This document shows positions 1 through 13,100 of a stretch of 64,000 bases of DNA, in pieces. The translations under genes and the position numbers were made by a program. Source of the DNA: Octopus vulgaris (taxonomy: Eukaryota); assembly GCA_951406725.2 (NCBI GenBank), contig OX597817.1:64542001-64606000 (forward strand), read 5' to 3'. A model generated the notes under the pieces. That model was not told the DNA's origin. It made no database searches and saw only the letters and a program-made list of their open reading frames with translations. Position 1 is the stretch's first letter. Each line of letters opens with the position of its first letter.

Positions 1-770
1 TGCCATCAGAAAAGTCAGCAAATTGGGTCAGTGGGTTCCTCACAGTGGTTTCCGAGTCTAATCGCGTGCAGAGAGTGAATGTGTACTCTTCTTTGCTGTT
101 ACATTTCATGAATGAACCTTTTTTGGACCGAATAGGGACTGGTGATGAGAAATGGATTCTCTATAAAGATGTCAAGCAATGTAGGGAAAGGAGAAACACT
201 AACACCTCAGGCTAAATAAGGTCTTCACCCAGATATGGTGTTATCTGTTTGGTGGGATATGAAAGGTTTAGTCCACTTTGAACCTTTAAACCCAAACCAA
301 ATGATAACAAAGGAAATCTACTGTGAGCAGCTTGAACAATTTAAGTCAGCGGTAGAAGAAAACCATCCATCTTTGGTTTCAAGACAAAATGTTTTCTTCC
401 ATCAGGATAATGCTTAGCCACATACAACGAGGATGACATTCCAAAGGCTGGAGCAGTTTGAATGTGAAACAATGCCCAATCCACCATATTCGCCAGACAT
501 TGCCCCATCTGGTTATCATTTATTCTGCAATCTTCAAAATCATTTGGACAGAAATATATGAATTCTGTTGACATGGTCAGAACAGTACTGGAGGAGTATT
601 TTTCGTCGCGGACAAGTGAATTGAGGAAGAGGGGTCTTGCAAGTCTACCAGATAAATGGAAGAGCATTGTAGAAAATGGAGAGTATATTTTAGATTAAAA
701 AAGAACTTTTTTATCTTAATTTTGAAAAATAAAAGTATAAAAAAACCGCATTATTTATGGGATGACCCAG
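1..770 (+). mobile_element. Degenerate mariner (DD34D) transposon, 3' part
   Basis: Motifs GDEKWILY, VLSVWWDMKG, HQDNA*PH and PPYSPDIAPSGYHLF, with stops and frameshifts; right TIR ...ccgcattatttatgggatgacccag followed by TA. Confidence 0.9.
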
Positions 771-1764
771 TAGACAATAGATTAGGAAATAGAGAAAACA
801 GTAGTTATTATTGGTGTTTAATGAAGTGAACATTAAAACTGGAAAGTTGTAACAGAGTAGTTATGTCAATTTCTCTTTCTCACTATTTCTCTCTGGAATA
901 GTGGAATAGAAAGATGAAGAGAAAGACAAATACAAAGAGAGGGAGGAGACAGACAGTGATGATGGTGGTAGTACACTCATTTGATGTCAAATTCTTTTTC
1001 AATCTTCCTTTAATCTTTTATATATCATCATTATCATTTTATATTTACTTTTCCATGTTTGCATGGGTCAGATGAACATTGATGCAGATTTTTTACTGCC
1101 CATTACTCTTTTTGTCACCAACCCTGTTTTATAAGAAACTGGCATGAATTTGGGTGTTTATGATTTTTTTCTTTAAGTGGTAAGGAAAACCAAGATTAGT
1201 GGGTTAATTGAAATGTAATATAGATGAGTTTCTAGAAATGGAATCCACTATGAAGATTAAGTTACTAAAGTTTTTGTTTGCAACTCAGTATATATTTGTG
1301 TATGTTTGCTTTTTATTTTTTCGAGTGGGTGGGTTCTGCTTCAGTTAATCCTGCTGTTATATATGTTTAGGGGTATATCTATATGTAATTATCTATGTAT
1401 ATATCTTTATCTTTGATACCCAGGCATTGCCAGGAGCTTCTAATATATATGTTAAGTAATGTGTCTAAGTTTTTATTTATATATTTATTTATTCCTCTTT
1501 CTGTCATTGTCATGTTGGAAAGCAAAAATGGTTAGGACTGCTGAGAGAGGTGGAAGAGAGTAGAAAACATTGCTAAGTGAACTAGGAGATTGACAAATGT
1601 AGAGGGAGAGATATAGTAATAGTCAGCAGTCACCCAACACTCAATGAAGCAGACTGAGATGCTGGAAGGGACAGAGGGAAGAACAGTAAGAAAAGGAAGA
1701 AATACTGCATATAAGGGAATATAGGTAAACCGAAGGAAGATAGAGCTCTGCATTTATTGATGCT

Positions 1765-2300
1765 GAGATCAGATTATACACCAGAAAAATTTCTCCTTTA
1801 CAATAACACCACATGGATAAAAATGGTATAATGTTGAGACCTTTGATGTGAGTATGGGAGCCAAGGATTCTGCAGAAATAGGTGACATCGTTGATTAAAT
1901 GTTTTACACTCCTTACAGGTGAACTTCAACTTCATCTCCCATAAATTATTCAGAGACAATGGATTAACCACTGATTGGTTCTGGAAAGATCACCAATTCT
2001 TAAAGAACCTCAGATTTTCTAAATTAGTGGAGGCACGCCTAACAATAGTTAATTTCTTGGCTCTCATGTTTAAATTAGACTATTTTTTTAGGGTCCTACA
2101 GAAAAGCTAACAGAACACTGTGGTATATCCACATATCAAACATTTCTTTAAGGCTATCCTCTAATGAATAAGTTTTTAACGGATGAATGTGTGTTTGTGC
2201 GTGTATTTCACTTAGGCATTGCGAGATCAATAACCTGTTTCAGAATCAAGTGTTGGCTGAGTATCAAGCAGTAATAAGAAAGGGAGATGATAAAGGATGT
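1765..2300 (+). mobile_element. Penelope-like element reverse transcriptase relic
   Basis: Broken frames give TWIK, FDVSMGAKDSAEIGDIV, LFRDNGL (from YRDDGL), IVNFL, GPYRKAN and EYQAVIRKG, in the motif order of PLE RTs. Confidence 0.7.
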
Positions 2301-2547
2301 CGTTCCCTATGTAGGCACAAATGTAATTCTTTCCCAAATAAATTTCTCTTCTTATTTGAGGTTTTGATGAAGCTATAAGGTTATTATTCAGGCACTCACC
2401 TACGAGTCCACTGCATCTTATAGCAGACACAGTTGTAAGCTAATGAAGTTCATAAGATAATCATTTATTCCTTTGCCATCTCTCTTTCTTATATGTGTGT
2501 GTGTCATAAACATGAACACCACAAGACTAATGTTGTGAGAATATATT

Positions 2548-3482
2548 AAAGGATTGAAAAGTCAGAATATTGAAAGCTTGAAATAATGAAAACCACATAA
2601 GCTAATGACATATTGAAAGATTGAAACACTAAATTCCGAAATATTCTCGGGAAAATTAATAAAAACACTTTCAAAAGATTCTTATTTACAGTTTTAAAAA
2701 GGAGTTTATTAAAGAAACATTAAAACATTTATGTTAGAAACAAATAAGTGTATTACAATGATACGATTCCAGAGACAATTGAAAATGTAAATAGCTTCAT
2801 CATAGACTATTTCCATTCTTCAAATGCTCCTGTTATTGAATATTAATGAATGATCAAGAGATCAATTTTGTAAAATAGAAATGTCTCATGCACTTGCTTA
2901 TCTCCCTTCATAGTGTTCAGCTTATGATTGGTTCTTTCCACAAAAGCATTTGTTTTAATTTTAGCTGTTATAGTTTATTCACAACTGAATTGTTAGTTAT
3001 AAGTAAATTATTAATGAGACTATAGAAATTGAATCCAATAATGATAAATATGCTGAAACATGTTTACAGCATGAAAGTTTTGACATTCTTGGGTTGTGTA
3101 TATTAAAGTATATTAGGTATATAAATATGTTTATATTGAAAGAACAATAGTATTTTTTGTAATTAAACTATTTGTTTTCGATTGCCTTCAGTACCATATT
3201 CCAAGAATACACTTTTTCTCAAATAAGCTCTTTTATTTAACTTCATGTCCACATATTAAGACACCGAAGACTGCAGTATTTGTCTTGAGAGATCCTCTCA
3301 TATAGACACATGGTGCATGTGTCTCTATGAGAGTACCTCTGATAAATTCCTTCAAAACATTTTTGTAATTTTTCCTTAAAATATCTCACAATTTGAAGTT
3401 TTGATCTTTCAGTATTATGGCATTCAGTAATATAGTTTTCTTTACTGCAGTCTTTTGGTATTCTGATTTTTCAGTCTTTTAA
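2548..3482. mobile_element. Non-autonomous DNA transposon with ~120-bp diverged TIRs (MULE-like)
   Basis: 2548-2665 is an imperfect reverse complement of 3362-3482; the superfamily is inferred from the long TIRs. Confidence 0.5.
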
Positions 3483-4804
3483 AGGCTGCCAGCTGGCAGA
3501 ACCATTGGCACACCTGGTTTAATGGTCAGTACCATTTCATCGATCTTTACATACTGAGTTCAAATTCCACCGTGGTCAACTTTTCAGAGTTCAATGAAAT
3601 AAGTACCAGTTGTGCACTGGGGTCGCTGTAATTGACTAGGTGGTCCCACCTGCTTCCCACAAAATGTTGTGCCTATAGTAGAATGAATATTCTCGTAGCA
3701 TCTGATATTATTAACTTACTGTTTGTGTGTGTGTGCACTTGTTCTACTACTGTATCTGAGTTATAGAAAAGGGAAACATGTTAGAAAAGATGATTAAAGG
3801 GTTGATGACATGAAGGGGATCTAACTGTAAAACATTGCCTCAGATAAACCATTAAACCAAGCCCAGCACTGACTGGACATGAAATGATATATGTGTGTAT
3901 GTGTGCATGTGTATGTGTATATATGTGTGTGTGTGTATACATAGTTGTATTTCTTGAGCACTTGACTTGATCTGAGACTATATTGAATCTCATGCAGCTG
4001 TTGCCTTCAAATTTTTAATGATCAGGTCAAACTTATGCATTGAAATTTTAGATACAATATCATTATCATCATCATTTAACATCCATGTTCCATGCAAGTA
4101 TGGGCATGATATTTTCACAAAGATCTGATGGTCCGGGTACTGCACTGTGTTCTACTGCCTGCTTGGGCATGATAACTACAGCTGAATGACCTTTCTAATG
4201 TCAACCTCATTTACAATGTGTACTAGGTACATTTCCATGTTGCTGACACTATTGAGTTTGCCATGCAGATCTACAAAACCCAAGAAGTCAGGGTATGTCC
4301 GTATGTTAGATGGAAGTTAAGGTATGAGAGAAGAGGTTGGGGTTGAGCAGGTTCTTGGTGTAGAGAAGCTACATGGCTACTCACATTCAGTGAAGAGAGT
4401 GAGAAGGAATCAATGATAGGTGTGTGTGTGTCTTTTTTTTTTTTTTTTTTTAACTTGTTTCAGTTATTTGATTGTGGCCATACTGGGGCACTGCCTTGAA
4501 GACTTTTGGTCAAACAAATCAACACTAGGACTTATTGTTTTAAGCCTAGTACTTATTCTATCATTTTCTTTTACCAAACTGCTAGGCTACAGGGTCATAA
4601 ACACACCAACACCAGTTGTGAGGTGGTGGTTGGGGACAAACACACACATGATGGAATCGTCATGAAACTTGGAATATATATATATAAGCAGAGATGACAC
4701 CAGAAAAAAAACAAATGTTATATAATGGGCTTCATTAGCATACAGCTGCTTCTGCTATAAGTTGTGGTGGACTCTTAGTTGAGTACCAGGATATATATAT
4801 ATAT

Positions 4805-5250
4805 CATCATCATTTAGCGTCCGTTTTCCATGCTAGCATGGGTTGGACGGTTTAACTGGGGTCTGTGAAGCCGGAAGGCTTCATCAGGCCCAGTCAGATT
4901 TGGCAGTGTTTCTACGGCTGGATGCCCTTCCTAACGCCAACCACTCCGCGAGTGTAGTGGGTGTTTTTTACGTGCCACCTGCACAGGTGCCAGACAGAGC
5001 TGGCACAACGGCCACGAACGGATGGTGCTTTTACGTGCCACCGATACGGGGCCAGACAGAGCTGGCAAACGGCCACGAACGGACGGTGCTTTTACGTGTC
5101 ATTCATTCATCCACGTGTCACCGGCACGGGGCCAGACGATGCTGGCAACGGACACGAACGGATGGTGCTTTTACGTGCCACCGACACGGGGCCAGACAGA
5201 GCTGGCAAACGGCCACGAACGGATGGTGCTTTTACATGTTTTTCATTCAT
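4805..5250 (-). mobile_element. RTE LINE 3' tail with ~60-bp internal subrepeats
   Basis: Same tail as 44185-44650: (GAT)n end on the minus strand, catgctagcatgg, repeated cgtgccaccgacacggggccagacagagctggcaaacggccacgaacggatggtgctttta. Confidence 0.85.
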
Positions 5251-8200
5251 CCACGGTAGTGGTTGAACATATTCTTAAGTCCACTATTTCATCAATCGCA
5301 GCATATTCTAAGCTTCATAACTAATTCAGTTCTCAACTAAATTGCAAATTGTTTTAAAGAGGACACCTTCTTAGCTACACTTTGGCATAAATAGTTTGAG
5401 ATTTGGTTCAGTAGAAAAAAAGTTACAAGCAGTAGAGCAGAAATGCATCTTCAATTAACATAATTTTTTCAATTTTAAATTAAAGGTATACCTTTCTTAA
5501 GTTTAAATGATAGAAAATGCATGGGGAATTCAGAATTACTAGTTGCATTGAACAAAAATTAGTAGAAAAAGTTATGAGGTAAAATGTTACAAAATTTAAT
5601 GACAGGAAATAAGGGAGTAACACTTAAGCAATAAGAATAAAGAATATATTTCTAAAATGAATGTTTACATTTTAAGTTGGCAAACTGGCAGAAGCGTTAG
5701 CGCACGAGGCGAAATGCTTAATGGCATTTCGTCTGTCTTTACAGTTTGAGTTCAAATTTCGCCAAAGTTGACTTTGACATACATATTAATTTTTTTTAAC
5801 GAAACACTTTCAAACTTCCGATACTGGTAGAATGTGTCACATAGAACAGGGTTTACTCTTAACATTTTTGATAAAATTTAGTATTTTAGAAGCGGTATTT
5901 TGTCTGTCTTTACGTTCTGAGTTCAAATTCCGCCAAGGTCGACTTTGCCTTTCATCTATTTCAGATCTATTCAATTAAACGTACTGCTTAATTAATTTTT
6001 TAACTAAATATTTTCAAACTTCTGATACTGGTAGAATGTGTCACATAGAACAGGGTTTACTCTTAATGTTTTTGACAAAATTTTGTATCTTAGAAGTTAT
6101 TTCGTCAGAAGTTACAGAGTGACAATGGACAAATTTGTGTTTGATAAGTGCCAATACATGAAACTCTCAGCTTTTGACTTACTCTCTAACTTCTGCCGAT
6201 GATATATACACATATTACACATATGTGTAAAAAAATCTCATCACGCAATCAAACCAATGAAAGAGCCTCTACTTGGTCGCTTGACATGCTAAAAATAGCA
6301 ACCAAAATATCCCCCTACCTAAATCACACGCCCATTGTATGTAATGTCCTAGATTATCCCTAAAAAGACGGTTTGCTGAAAGCTGGAATGTCTTTGATGA
6401 TAGGTTTGCAGTATCAGGGTTGATTTGAGGATAAATAACAACAACATTATGGTAAATTTCTATATTAATGCCCTCACAATTTTCACTAAGAAAAAAAAAC
6501 AAAAATTTTGATTTTTTGCATGGAATCAAGTACCTTGACTTCCTAATATGCAACAAATCCCTTATTTTGGTTTGGAAAAAATGATATATATATATATATA
6601 TAGTTCAAATTTATAGAAAGACAAAGACGTGTAGGAGCGACAAGCAAGTGTATTAGTTTGATGCTCAGGAAAAATGGAGAAGTCTTTTACATTTCGAGCC
6701 TACATTCTTTGACAGAAAGGAATAAGAGTAAATAACTGGAGAGAAAAATGAAAAAAATGTGGTAAGTTCAGTGGTCTAAAACACACACACATATGCACAT
6801 GCGCACACGTAAATAAAAGTCATTTAATGTCTGCTTTTCTATGCTTGCTTTAGTCAGACAAGAGTGCATTAGGGCATAGCTTTCCTTGGCCAAATACCTT
6901 TCCTGATACCAATCCCCATCTGTTTCCAAGTGAGGTAACAAAATCCTTGTCTGTTAAACAACAAACAGGCCAGACATGGTTCCACAAAGAACTGGAAACA
7001 AATGACACCTTATGAATTAACCTTTTGTTTACAATGATCTCTTTTGCAGTGAACTACCAGCAAACAACACCATTGTTTATAACCAGTGAATATACATGAA
7101 GACAAGGGGAAATATAAACTGACTCATACATGATAGGCATCTGTATACAAAATTCACTTACAAGGCTTCAGTCACCCAAGAATTATGGCAGAAGCCTTTT
7201 ACCCAAGGTGCCACACAATGCGATGGAACCCAAAACTACATGGTTGGGAAGTGAACTGCTTAACCACTTAGTCATGCTGGCACCTGTGTGTTTGTGCGAG
7301 CATGAATTTGCAGGCATTTATAAAATTTGCTTGCTTCTACAACAAATGCAGTGTGTGTGATGTACACTCATATATTGTCTTCCCTGATGACATACCTACT
7401 TCATGAGTCACTCATCATTTATTTTGTCCCATATCTAAACAAAAGGAAATTATTAGTATACTTATGTCATGACCTTATGGAAGTCTGTTTTCATGGGTGT
7501 TTAGTTAAAATGTCAAGATTTGATATGTCACACTTCTATATGCGCTCTCTACCCAGATAAAATGTGGGTTAATATGTCACTCAGGGTCATCAGAATTTTC
7601 TCTTTTCTGGTTTTGGCCAAGTCTTTTTTTCTTTTCTCTGACAGTTTTTATGCAGTTTTATATTGTCAATTTCACTTCCTCTGTGTTGGTGTAATCTATG
7701 TGGGTATATTTAAGGTGATATCTTACGGACCCCTGTCACATTCTGTGAAAAATGCCAATGAAATATATGGAAGAAAAGTAGGTCTGCCTTTATTGAGCAA
7801 ACCTTTGATCAACATTCTAACTATGGCCATCCCACCCACTGCCCTTTATAAAGTCATATATAGTTGCATAAATTTATTCTAGAATATTACTGGTGCTTAT
7901 ACTGTAAACCTTACAGGTACAGATGACAAGACCAAGTCTGACAGGATTTCGACTTAGTTTCTCACAACTTTTTATCTTGAATGTCACAGGGCTTTAGGTT
8001 GATGTAAAGACTTTTAATAAAGGTTTAATTTAGGCGTAAAAATGTAGCATTATTAAGAATTATAAGAATATTGTCAATCTGTTATTAGGGATGTTTGAAA
8101 ATGCATAGGACCTGAACTAAGGTTAACTTTCTGTTTTTAATGCTCACTGCATTAAACACCAAAAATAACTACTGTATCTTTTATTTCCTAATCTATTATC

Positions 8201-8718
8201 TATTTTGCAATCTGTAGTGATAAGAGAGAAAGCCCTCTTTAAATAACTCACTTGTCTTAGGCAAATAACTTTCCCAGATCTGGCGAGTTAATAACTCATA
8301 ATCTTGCATATAAATATGTGAATAGAGATAGGTAGAATTAACCATGTTTTCTTCAGTTCTATTAATTTCCAGTAAATCTGTATCAGTTAAACAGGGTTAC
8401 CAACGAAGTCATTGTTTACACATGTTGGTGTTTATTACTGATTCAGCTGACCTATGTTTGAAACACTCTAGCCATAATTATTCTATTTTATATTCAGATA
8501 CAATGTCTCATGGACAATTATTTAATGTGTCTTTTTCTTTTCTTTTTTCTCTTTTCTTTTTCTTTATTTTTATGAAAGAGAGAAAGAGAGAATTGGCTTG
8601 AGGAAGCTGCTATTACTATTATTTTTATGTGTTGTTTGTCCTGAAGATGAAACATCTGTGTTCTTGTCAAGACTGATTATTCTAAAATTATTTCCCATGA
8701 TATCTTGTTTATTTTTAG

Positions 8719-8820
8719 ATTACTTTGGAGCCTATTTCACTCTAAGAGCTCTCTGTTTTACTATACTTGCTGTCTCTCTGCATGCCATATTGGCTGTCTA
8801 TAATTCACTTCACTATACAG
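8719..8820 (+). CDS. NDC1: NDC1 exon (TM segment DYFGAYFTLRALCFTILAVSLHAILAVYNSLHYT)
   Basis: tttttag|AT acceptor, ACAG|gtaagt donor, phase 1-1. Confidence 0.88.
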
Positions 8821-9773
8821 GTAAGTTCCATACCAACAAGTCCTTGTTATTTCATCAGTTCTAATACCTGCATGCATGAATTTGAACTTTCTTTTCACTA
8901 GAAGGGTCATCCATGTATACCAAGCCTAAGTCATGCTATGACATCTCTGAGGTATAATTCCCCATCAGTATTAAGCAATTATTTTGCCAGTCTCAGAAAT
9001 TTCTTAACTATCATCATCATCAACATTCACCTTTTAACATCAGTTTTCCATGCAAAGAAGGGTTGGATGGTTTGACAGATGTCAAATCAGTACTGTGCCA
9101 AGCTTTGTTGTCACCTTTGGTGTGATTTCTCTGGCTGGATGTCCTTCTTAACGCCAACCACTTTACAGAGTGTAGTGCGTGTTTTGTGTGGAACCAGCAC
9201 CAGCAAAATCACCAAGTAACTTGCAAAACAAAAACCTCTCAACTGAGAAGAGGATTGGTATTGAGGGAGGTGGCTTTGTGTCAGGTGATGAGAGGTTAAG
9301 TTACGAAAGAGGGGCAGTTTTTATCCTATGATTTCTTCTTGCGTTGAACTTCATATTCAATGTTTCAATGTCATTTATATTGTTTCGTTTAAACAGTGGT
9401 TCCTCAGATATCAACAACCAGGCTTAGTAATGTCTTGGAGTTCTTTCGCATCCAATATATTCTCCAGGGATTTATCTATACCATTTCCAGTATGCTCATC
9501 ACAGTATTTGCTTCATGGATAATGAAGGACTCTTTCTCCACACTGGCTGTTCCCTGTTCAGAAGATAGGTAAAGTAAAATATATATATATATATGTGTGT
9601 GTCTGTCGTTACGTCCCGAGTTCAAATTCCACCGAGGTCGACTTTGCCTTTCATCCTCTCGGGGTCGATAAATAAAGTACTAGTTACGCACTGGGGTCGA
9701 TGTAATCGACTTAATCCCTTTGTCTGTCCCTGTTTGTCCCCTCTATGTTTAGCCCCTTGAGGGTAGTAAAAAA

Positions 9774-9804
<31 letters not shown>

Positions 9805-10036
9805 AGGGAATATAATTCCAAAACTTATTTATATATATATTGGTAAAACGGTAAGATAACAAAAAAAAGAAAGAGACCTCAATATTATGTAAATAGAGGA
9901 AATTTATCTATACAATAATATGTTACATTACTCGATAGTCAAGATAAAACAAAGAGATGTCGTGGATTCCCACTTCGGCATCTGAAACTCAGAGTTTTAT
10001 CTTGACTATCAAGTAATGTAACATATTATTGTATAG

Positions 10037-10103
<67 letters not shown>

Positions 10104-13100
10104 TATCATCATTTTAGCAAACACTTTTCCATGCTCAAATTTGTTGTGGCAGGTTTTCTATGACTAGATGCCCTTCCCATTACCAGGTAAGATATTTCCA
10201 ATGACCAGACATGTTTTTATAGAAATTGGAAACAAAGGACACCACAGTGGCAGTCATTTTCAACTATCACCCAATGTCCAGGCAAGGAGTCACTAACTCA
10301 CATATATAAGCACACATAGATATATACATACTGAAATACATACACATACACTCACACAACAGGCTTCTTTCAGTTTCCATTTGCCAGAGCTACTCTAGTA
10401 GAAGACACTAATCCAAGATACTGAACTTGAAACCATGTGATTGAGAAACAAACTTCTTAACCACATAACCAAGAGTCAGTTGATGATTCACTTCCACTTA
10501 GTTGTTATTCAGTATCATACCACATTCTTTCATTCAAGTCACTTTGAAATTGGCCAGTTAAGATCACATGGTATGAAAGTCTATCTAACAATAATAGTGT
10601 AGGTCATCAACTAATTCCTAATAATTATATGTTCTACATCCTGTATTGAGTACTCTTTCATTTGGTAACAAAAACATACATATATCTAATACACACACAT
10701 ATTTATGAAATTGAAGCTTCACTCATTGCTACTCTGAGCAATGGAGTGAAGCTTTGAAGAATATGTAATCCTTATTGTCTGAAGACAATATTTTTCAGTG
10801 CTGTATCATAGATTAGCACATAATATTGATAACCAACTGAATAGGGATCATTCTGAATCAACATCTTAGATTTAAGTTTCTAATCCATCTGTTTTTTAAC
10901 CTGTGTATCTCAATGTCTTAGAGTGGCAATCACAATACCAGGAGTGCTATTCAGCTTGGAACATTATTGAAATAACTTTTACAACAGAATATCCTTCTAA
11001 TTGCTAACCACTCAACTCTATAATTAGAACTATAGTTCCTGTTCCTATTTAAGTCACAGTTGTTGTTGCTTATTTAGCTCTAAGTCACCTTTGATTGAAA
11101 TGACCTATGACCAAAGGTGTGCCTTTATTGTCTTTTGGTGGGTATGTAGGCTGCCTTTGTCATCTCATGTTACCTTCTTATTTTATCTGTGGAGTGTGGT
11201 TTGCAGAGGCTTGGCTACCATTTCTAACCAGTCAAATGGCTGCACAGAGGCTCTTTCATTGAATTATAACTCCTACAGTGTTAAAGTAAATAAATTAATA
11301 CACATTACTAATTGACACTAACTATAGACTACCTGCACCAAGCAATGTTCCCTCTAAGTTGTGTGTGTATGCACGTACATTTACATTTTTTTAACCAACA
11401 GACAATGAAACTAATGATGTACAAGAGGTTAGTTGCTAAAATATAGTATTTAATAACTATGCTTGTTATTCATTCTGTGAACACATTTTTGTCATAGAAA
11501 ATTTGAGGGAATGTTGGTACCAAGGTTTCAACTGGCATTATTAATCATATATATATATATCTGTGGTCAAAGCTGTAGATCAGGGATTGAACTTCACAGT
11601 TGTTTCAGAATTAGCTCTTCATTCTCCTAACCTTTAAAGACAGTGAATTTTCATTTAGTTAGGGGGGGGGGGGTGATAGAGTTGGATTGTTTTGGCAGGG
11701 TTCTTTATACTGACAGATTAACATCATTATTATATTTTCTCATATTTAATTTCTTTATTTAATAAATTCTAGAATTAAAAAGCATAATCTTTATGATACT
11801 AACTCTCCTCATTTCTTTTTGCTAGTCATTTCCTAGTTTGTCACTGAAGACTTCATATCTTTGTAAAATGATTAAAGAGGGGACACTGAGAAGAATTTGA
11901 AATTAACAATGCAAATTAGTAAAGCATTCATGAAGTCTTTATTGACACTACTGCTGTTTACAGTTGTGAACTGTACATCTTCATGATACCTATTTAGTTA
12001 TTGAGAGATTAAGAGTTTTGTGCCTTGCTCAGTGGCTTAATGCACTGTTAATTACAAGAGACAAGGTTTCACCCAGTGGACAAGATATTCTTGGTACACA
12101 AATATGATTTTCATAGCTTTGATATTTGATTTAGTTAAACCTCTACCTCCACACAATGACAGATAACACAAGCCAATGAGGCAGCTTACCAATAAGAGAG
12201 CCTCTCTAGAAGCTAAATTTTCGCAAATCATATTCAACCTTCTCAACAAAAAGAAACAACACATTGGTTAATGTAATCCTAGTTTTACATGTATTGCATC
12301 CTGAGAGGGAAAGACAGGCTAGCTGCAGCTGGATTACTTTTGAGCATAGATGTACTTAATCAATGCAGACCAAGTTAAACTACAACAACAAATAACAAAA
12401 TGTGTGCGCATACACTCACACACACTAAATGGAGTTTGTTTATATTCTTCCAGCCCTGCCATCTACCTGAATGACAACAAACTTTTCTTGCTGACTGCAG
12501 CCATTTACCATGGATTGTTGTTCCATCTAAGGTTTTATAGAAATCAGTACAACTATACACCTTTCAAAATTATACAGGTAAGTTCATTCTACTGGAGTTT
12601 CTGTTGAAAAGAACTCTTTAAATTCATTGTTTTTTATAGTTTATATTTCATAAGTGTCTGGAGAGAATTTATTATCATCGTTAAGCTCAGACAATTATAC
12701 ATTTATTTTATCATTTTTTTTTTTGGGGGGGGGGGTTCATAGTACATTAAAGTTTTTGTAACAGCTCACATACTGGCTTTGATTCCCTATCTGAATTATT
12801 TCAGTTATGTAAGTAATGTCCTTGGAAAAGATATGAGCATAACCCCTCTCATTTCTTTTCTATCCGAAATCAACCATTGACAGACACCACTGTTACGAGT
12901 AAATATCTCAGTTGACTTTATTTATCTCAGTTATAGGAAATAAATTAATATTGGTTTCTTTCACATAAATAAGGCTTTCGTTGCATAGGAAATGGAAATG
13001 AGGATGTATAGCTTTCATTAAAGATCTTAATGGTGTAAGTTAAATGAAATTGTTACTACATCTCCAAGTCAAAACTGGGTCATAAGTTCAACTTGCAAGA

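Noticed and set aside
6683-6720. Minus-strand CCTTT-CTGTCAAAGAATGTAGGCTC-GAAAT-GTA-AAAGA as a minimal hammerhead
   Set aside because: The layout is suggestive but the core and stem II are corrupted; not supportable from this copy alone.
7520-7882. 120-aa hydrophobic ORF as a membrane-protein exon
   Set aside because: T-rich composition, no NDC1 similarity and no convincing splice sites.
1-8718. NDC1 first exons and promoter
   Set aside because: No phase-compatible exon resembling WRxxASxxW...HPxxW was found; the candidate cag|ATCTGGCGA at ~8278 hits a stop. They probably lie upstream of the window.
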